NCBI RefSeq assembly: GCF_018398935.1
Contig: NZ_CP074694.1
Location: 630,001 to 662,000, forward strand
Source of the DNA: Telmatocola sphagniphila
GTDB taxonomy: Bacteria; Planctomycetota; Planctomycetia; Gemmatales; Gemmataceae
Length of the DNA: 32,000 nt
Reading direction: 5' to 3'
The translations under genes and the position numbers were made by a program. Within the stretch, counting starts at the first letter, position 1, and the number at the start of each line of letters is the position of its first letter. A model generated the notes under the pieces. That model did not search any database. It was not told the origin of the DNA and saw only the letters and a list, made by a program, of their open reading frames with translations. This document shows, one piece after another, positions 31,764 through 32,000 of the stretch.

Positions 31764-31792
31764 TTGACTAGTGAGTTGAGTACACCTATTCT
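31764..31792 (+). promoter_or_regulatory. Sigma-70-like promoter for the HU-family gene
   Basis: TTGACT (31764-31769), a 17-nt spacer, and TATTCT (31787-31792), about 48 nt upstream of ATG 31841. GAGAGG lies 6 nt upstream of the ATG. Confidence 0.35.
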
Positions 31793-31840
31793 CGCAATAA
31801 CGATTTTTCCAACTGTACTATCAGACATGAGAGGCATCGA

Positions 31841-32000
31841 ATGGCTAACCCGAAGTCGATTACGAAAGTTGAATTGTACAACCAGATCGCGGATGCGACC
31901 GGCATGACCAAGGCTCAGGTCAAAACTTTCTTCGACGGTTTGACCGCAACCATCATCAAGAATCTCGGCAAAAAGGGCCCCGGCGTTCTGACGCTCCCCG
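31841..32000 (+). CDS. HU/IHF-family DNA-binding protein, N-terminal fragment (runs off the right edge)
   Basis: My own translation from ATG 31841 is MANPKSITKVELYNQIADATGMTKAQVKTFFDGLTATIIKNLGKKGPGVLTLP. This is the helix-turn-helix 'body' of HU/IHF proteins (K.EL...IA...G.TK......F.......I...L). It is open to the window end and is not in the supplied ORF track. Confidence 0.75.
   Translation, partial: MANPKSITKVELYNQIADATGMTKAQVKTFFDGLTATIIKNLGKKGPGVLTLP

Noticed and set aside
1-32000. Search for CRISPR arrays, transposases/integrases, IS-type terminal inverted repeats, toxin-antitoxin pairs or recognisable defence-system genes
   Set aside because: I saw no spaced direct-repeat arrays. 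No ORF has DDE, serine/tyrosine recombinase, nuclease-helicase or similar motifs. Apart from the two AT-rich regulatory intergenic regions, I saw no compositional break suggestive of an island.

Overview
This is a dense, almost entirely coding 32-kb chromosomal window. I count 28 protein-coding genes, two of them cut by the window edges. I see no rRNA or tRNA genes, no CRISPR array, and no transposase, integrase or phage genes. The gene content and protein style look like a Planctomycetota-type genome: GYF-like extensions on ExbD, a secreted CotH, a sulfotransferase, Pro-rich linkers, a type III glutamine synthetase and a long-helix MCE protein. That taxonomic guess is inference only. The left two thirds are envelope and housekeeping genes, in this order: an EF-G-family 3' end; exbB-exbD-exbD followed by a translationally coupled acyltransferase plus membrane GT2 pair; a bPH membrane protein; a sulfotransferase; a Rieske protein; a CYTH protein; panC; a catalytically degenerate M50 (site-2 protease) homologue directly upstream of mlaE-mlaF-mlaD; a secreted CotH; an OmpR/HisKA two-component pair plus a secreted protein; ispG; and a double zinc-ribbon membrane protein. 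The right third (21.3-31.6 kb) is a nitrogen-assimilation island. It runs glnA (GS type I), two convergent paralogous outer-membrane beta-barrel genes, a ~0.63-kb AT-rich divergent control region with a sigma-54-like promoter and upstream dyads, an atypical ammonium transporter, a PII protein lacking the Tyr51 modification site, and GS type III, followed by an HU-family gene. The ammonium transporter carries a periplasmic coiled-coil-like insertion and an unassigned C-terminal domain. My best candidate for something undescribed is the porin pair together with this elaborated Amt. The GYF-ExbD pair and the dead M50 homologue next to Mla are the other two items worth follow-up. All calls come from reading motifs by eye. 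No searches or computations were run.
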